Position numbers and translations under genes: made by a program | Origin: an uncultured Spirochaetia bacterium | Lineage (GTDB): Bacteria; Spirochaetota; UBA4802; UBA5368 | Assembly: GCA_937877025.1 (NCBI GenBank) | Contig: CALEGE010000030.1 | Span: 34,647 to 98,646, forward strand | Reading direction: 5' to 3' | DNA: 64,000 nt | In this document: piece by piece, positions 60,052-64,000 of the stretch | How positions within the stretch are numbered: position 1 is the stretch's first letter | Layout of the letters: each line of letters opens with the position of its first letter | The notes under the pieces: generated by a model | What the model was told of the DNA's origin: nothing | The model's database searches: none | What the model saw: only the letters and a program-made list of their open reading frames with translations

Positions 60052-60156
60052 CTATCCCATCTCCCGGATGCTATCCGCTGGAATTAGCACCTAACCGTTA
60101 TGGCCGGTTGCCGTGGTTTCACAGGGCCAGTCCCTCCACCACTCTGGATAAGATAG
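60052..60156 (-). ncRNA. SAM-I (S-box) riboswitch
   Basis: Minus strand CUAUCUUAUC-CAGAG-UGGUGGAGGGACUGGCCCUGUGAAACCA-CGGCAACC...GGUGCUAAUUCC...GAUGGGAUAG, the canonical S-box layout, directly upstream of metX. Confidence 0.96.
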
Positions 60157-60574
60157 TGACTCTATATGACAGCACCATGCTCCGTGCTGCAAAAACAGTC
60201 ATTGTTTGAAAGAAGCTCACTATGCGGTCTTTTTTCACGCAATGTCAATAAAAAATTGCGATGCATCATGACTTTGATCTTAATGGTAGCGCTTGCCGTT
60301 GTTTGCGCACATAATTACGACGGCATGCCGATGTTTATTTACACGACCGGACTGGCGGCGCCCCCGTTGTACGAAGCGTTCATGATACATTATTGTTGTT
60401 TAATAATTATAATTTATATGTAAATATTATTATGGCCTAATTACATCTAAAATAAAGTTGACAATATCAATTATTGCAAACTAATGGTTTTTGAGGTGTC
60501 GGCATTTTTTGGTCTTGTTATAATTCATACTACTCGTCGCTTTCAATTTTACTATCAATAGTGGAGGATTTCCT

Positions 60575-62704
60575 ATGGATCTTGCTGGTTTGTATAACAT
60601 GCCCGCCACAGATGTCGCCCGTGAGATGTATTTCAACGTGGGTGGTCCGCATGGTTTTATGCGATGGGGCATTTATATTTTCATGTTTGCCGCGTTTATT
60701 TATCTTGGCGTTACCCTTGTAAAAAGAATTCTGGTATGGCGTCAGGGAAAAGGGGAGCTAAGAACTGATTTCCATGAAAAGCGAATAATGGCATTTATTA
60801 AATATGTCATTTTCCAGGTCAAGGTTCTGCGCGAGTCGTATGCGGGAATCTTCCATGCGAGCCTTTTCTGGGGTTTTGCCGGCCTTTTTGTCGTTACATT
60901 GATCATTGTGGCCCAGGAAGACTTTACCGAACTGTTTTTTCATACTAAATTCATCTATGGTAATTTTTACCTTATATGGTCGTTCTTTGGTGATTTCTTC
61001 GGGTTCGTGGTGCTTGTCGGCTGTATAATGGCGATTTATCGCAGATACGTAATGAAGCCGTCCAGGCTCGATACCAAGCCAATCGACACCTTCGCGCTTG
61101 TTTTGATCACCTTTATTATCGTATCGGGATTTCTCAACGAGGCGCTGCGGATTGCCATCACCGATTTTCCGAAATTTGAAATATGGTCGCCGTTTGGATA
61201 TGCGCTTGCGCACCTGTTTGGATGGGCAAGCAAGCCAGTGCTGGAAACCTCGCATTATATCAACTGGTGGCTCCACATGCTGACGGCATTCGCTTTTATA
61301 GGGCTTGTGGCGTCCGACAAGCTCGGCCACGTCGCCATTACGATGCTTAATATCTACTTCCAGAACCTCGATAATGAGGATGCGAACACCAAGTATGCGA
61401 TGAAAGTCATTTCCCCCGCCGAATTCGAAACAGCCGAAAGCTTTGGCGTAGGATCAGTTGAGGAGTTTACATGGAAGCAGCTTATGGACGGCGATGCCTG
61501 CACGCGTTGCGGCCGATGCCAGGACAATTGCCCGGCGCATCTTACCGAAAAACCGCTGTCGCCGAAGAAGATGATCAACGACGTCAAGGACGCGATGAAC
61601 GAACGCGTTCCGAAGCTCATGGAAGCGAAAAAAGCCGGCGCCGATCCTTCAACGGTTGAATCGAAGATGCTCATTGGCGAAAGCGTAAAAGAAGATGAAA
61701 TCTGGTCGTGCACAAACTGCGCCGCGTGCCTTGAGAACTGCCCGGTACAGATAGAACACGTCAATAAGATAAATGATATGCGCCGTTACAAGGTGCTTAT
61801 GGAAGGGGATATGGCCGGCGAGCTTCAGACCACCCTGACCAACATGGAAAACAACTCGAATCCGTTCGGTTTCGGTTTCGCCGCCCGCGCCGACTGGGTT
61901 CCCGAAGATCTTGGGCTGAAGACGCTTGCTGAAGATCCGGAAGTTGATTTTCTGTACTACGTCGGTTGCTATGCTTCGTTTGATAAGAGAAACCAGAAGA
62001 TTGGCGTCGCCCTTGTGAAGATACTTCAGAAGGCTGGCTACAAGGTCGGCATTCTCGGTGCGGAAGAAGCCTGCTGCGGTGATGCCGCGATGCGTGGAGG
62101 AAATGAATATCTTTTCCATGCCCTTGCCACGCAGAACCTTGAAACCTTCAAGGCGTACGGTGTGAAGAAGATTATTACCACATGTCCGCATGGTTACAAC
62201 GTTATAAAGAAGGAATACAAGAAATTCGCGAAGGTGGGCGTGGGATCTGACGGCCAGCCGCTTGAGGCGGATTACGAGGTATATCATCATACGGAAATCA
62301 TTGCCGACCTCATCAAAACCGGCAAGATCAAGCTGACAGGCGCCCTCAATGAAACAATTACGTACCATGATTCATGCTTCCTCGGCCGTTATAATGAGAT
62401 TTACAAGGCGCCGAGGGATATAATCAAAGCGATACCCGGAACCAATCTCGTTGAGATGAGCAGAAACCACAGAAAGAGCTTCTGCTGCGGCGCGGGTGGT
62501 GCGCGTATGTTTATCGAAGAGCACCTTGGCACGCGAATCAACCAGTTCAGAACAAAGGATGCTCAGTCGACAGGCGCGACCAAGATTGCGACAGCATGCC
62601 CGTTCTGCCTTACGATGCTGAGCGACGGCGCCAACGAGCTTGATATTCAGAATCTCCAGACATTCGACCTGGCCGAGTATGTCTATAACGCCATGGAAAA
62701 ATAG
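60575..62704 (+). CDS. FadF-like membrane Fe-S oxidoreductase (NarI-like membrane part + 2x[4Fe-4S] + two CCG domains; HdrD-related)
   Basis: TM helices with His ligands; CTRCGRCQDNCP and CTNCAACLENCP; 'EACCG', 'TTCPH', 'YHDSC', 'FCCGAGG', 'ACPFC'; RBS GGAGG. Confidence 0.9.
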   Translation: MDLAGLYNMPATDVAREMYFNVGGPHGFMRWGIYIFMFAAFIYLGVTLVKRILVWRQGKGELRTDFHEKRIMAFIKYVIFQVKVLRESYAGIFHASLFWGFAGLFVVTLIIVAQEDFTELFFHTKFIYGNFYLIWSFFGDFFGFVVLVGCIMAIYRRYVMKPSRLDTKPIDTFALVLITFIIVSGFLNEALRIAITDFPKFEIWSPFGYALAHLFGWASKPVLETSHYINWWLHMLTAFAFIGLVASDKLGHVAITMLNIYFQNLDNEDANTKYAMKVISPAEFETAESFGVGSVEEFTWKQLMDGDACTRCGRCQDNCPAHLTEKPLSPKKMINDVKDAMNERVPKLMEAKKAGADPSTVESKMLIGESVKEDEIWSCTNCAACLENCPVQIEHVNKINDMRRYKVLMEGDMAGELQTTLTNMENNSNPFGFGFAARADWVPEDLGLKTLAEDPEVDFLYYVGCYASFDKRNQKIGVALVKILQKAGYKVGILGAEEACCGDAAMRGGNEYLFHALATQNLETFKAYGVKKIITTCPHGYNVIKKEYKKFAKVGVGSDGQPLEADYEVYHHTEIIADLIKTGKIKLTGALNETITYHDSCFLGRYNEIYKAPRDIIKAIPGTNLVEMSRNHRKSFCCGAGGARMFIEEHLGTRINQFRTKDAQSTGATKIATACPFCLTMLSDGANELDIQNLQTFDLAEYVYNAMEK

Positions 62705-62727
62705 TCGATAGTAACAGAACGAAACAC

Positions 62728-62779
62728 AGCCCTTCCGCTACGAAACGGCTTTACATTTCTGGCGGAAGGGCTTTTTATT
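62728..62779 (+). terminator. Intrinsic terminator after the FadF-like gene
   Basis: AGCCCTTCCGC...GCGGAAGGGCT followed by TTTTATT; long loop. Confidence 0.75.
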
Positions 62780-62851
62780 ATATGCCCGGATTTGTGGAGC
62801 GCCTGCGAAACAATGCGGGGGAGCAGTTGAAACCATGCGTGGAGAAAGGGA

Positions 62852-63100
62852 ATGTTTGAAGCGCTCATGCTGATCTGTTTCGGCGCGTCCTGGCCGGCGT
62901 CGATTTACAAGTCGTACTCACTGAAAAAAGTAACCGGGAAATCAAAGCTGTTTTTATGGCTGGTCCTTATCGGATATGGTTTTGGGCTCGTCAATAAATG
63001 TGTGACGACACCGGACTGGGTAACGGCGTTTTACGCCTTCAATGGGTTGATGGTGCTTACAGACCTGATTCTTTATTACCGATATAGCGGAAATGAGTAA
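62852..63100 (+). CDS. Small 3-TM PQ-loop/SemiSWEET-like membrane protein
   Basis: 'FEALMLICFGASWPASIYKSY...GKSKLFL' with three hydrophobic helices. Confidence 0.7.
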   Translation: MFEALMLICFGASWPASIYKSYSLKKVTGKSKLFLWLVLIGYGFGLVNKCVTTPDWVTAFYAFNGLMVLTDLILYYRYSGNE

Positions 63101-63121
63101 TGGTTGGCGTTATAGATGCTC

Positions 63122-63865
63122 TTATGCGCGCAGCGCCCGCTTTTTATATCTGAGAAGCTCGTTTTTGAATGCGCTCGCGATTTCGGAGATTTCCTGATAT
63201 GTTTTCACCACAAAAAATGCTTTCACCAGGTCTTTTATTTTTTTATCGTCGTTGAGTTCCGCAAGCTGCTTTTGCTGCGCCCTGAAAACCTCGTCGCAGC
63301 TACTGAAAATGGATCGTATAATGGTTTCGGCCGGTTGCGCAAGGCGGCTCATGGGGATGCCGCTTTTGAGCTGAATGTTCTTCAATATCAAAGCGACGAG
63401 CGTCAGCACCTTTCTGCTACGGTCGGCCTCCCTGTCGGTTTTCATTTTCTCAAAGGAGTCGAGTATCTGCGCGTTTTTCGCCTTTATCTTCTGTAGTATT
63501 TCTTCCTGAATATCCGGCGGCATTTTATTGAAATTCGGAACATGATTCTGATAAAAGGATTTGAGATATTCCGTGGATAAATACACCTTTCCTGCAAGGG
63601 AGGTTTTAATAGACTCTCCCTCGATAAAGGCTACAAGCTTTCCCATATCGGCATGAATGAGCGATGTCGATTCGCTGAGAAAATCCGGCAACTCGAGGTC
63701 CTTGAAAAGCAAATCCATTTTTCTGCTATCGGAGGTTTCATCCCCGAAGAAATAATCGGTTAAAATTTTTCTGAATATCGCTTGGCAGTTTCCAGTTACA
63801 TCGGCATTTTCGTCAAGCTCAATGCAGACGTCGATAAGATTGAGAAAACTGCGCCTTTTTTCCAT
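63122..63865 (-). CDS. Hypothetical helical protein
   Basis: Long ORF with charged helical composition; no recognised motif; start uncertain (63865 or 63901). Confidence 0.65.
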   Translation of the reverse strand: MEKRRSFLNLIDVCIELDENADVTGNCQAIFRKILTDYFFGDETSDSRKMDLLFKDLELPDFLSESTSLIHADMGKLVAFIEGESIKTSLAGKVYLSTEYLKSFYQNHVPNFNKMPPDIQEEILQKIKAKNAQILDSFEKMKTDREADRSRKVLTLVALILKNIQLKSGIPMSRLAQPAETIIRSIFSSCDEVFRAQQKQLAELNDDKKIKDLVKAFFVVKTYQEISEIASAFKNELLRYKKRALRA

Positions 63866-64000
63866 TCCAATAACCGGGAGATATATTATGATTGTAACCA
63901 ATTTATTTATTGCATTTTCTGTTTAGCATGATCGTATTATAATATCAACTAAGAAATTATGTGGGCAGGCTGCGCTGGCGTCACAGGCTGCATCGCTATT

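Noticed and set aside
60459-60471. FNR/CRP-like box upstream of the FadF-like gene (TTGAC-AAT-ATCAA)
   Set aside because: The spacer is 3 nt rather than 4 and it coincides with a -35 hexamer
1-64000. Prophage, IS elements, defence systems, tRNA/rRNA, stop-codon recoding
   Set aside because: No integrase, transposase, phage structural or nuclease-type defence motifs recognised; no cloverleaf or rRNA signature; the recognised genes are uninterrupted in the standard code
63959-64000. Possible gene start at the right edge (MWAGCAGVTGCIAI)
   Set aside because: Only 14 codons visible and no RBS, so it cannot be supported

Overview
Chromosomal 'core' window with no prophage, transposase, CRISPR array, tRNA or rRNA visible. 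Gene content suggests a spirochaete related to Leptospira, possibly anaerobic (inference only). It holds about 52 CDSs, including ppdK, rpmH-rnpA-yidD-yidC-jag-mnmE (rpmH is missing from the ORF track and there is no dnaA next to it), nikR, lysS, hbd, nadC, uvrB, metX-metW behind a clear SAM-I riboswitch, a FadF-like Fe-S oxidoreductase, a GH42 beta-galactosidase, a MoxR/VWA pair and many exported TPR proteins. The strongest candidate for an undescribed system is 32.5-41.7 kb. It encodes two giant exported paralogues (beta-sandwich + TPR + DUF3857 + transglutaminase-like + DUF3858-like). One keeps the Cys-His-Asp triad and the other is a pseudo-enzyme, and they are translationally coupled to a TPR lipoprotein with a divergent TPR gene. 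Other leads are a promoter- and terminator-bounded ~150-nt sRNA or micro-ORF at 14.6-14.8 kb, a HEAT-repeat protein with a dead class III cyclase domain, a SAM riboswitch operon that seems to run into uvrB-nadC, recurrent sigma70-like promoters with 16-bp spacers, and a 9-bp tandem repeat matching the G-quadruplex pattern. All family calls come from motif recognition by eye, not database searches.
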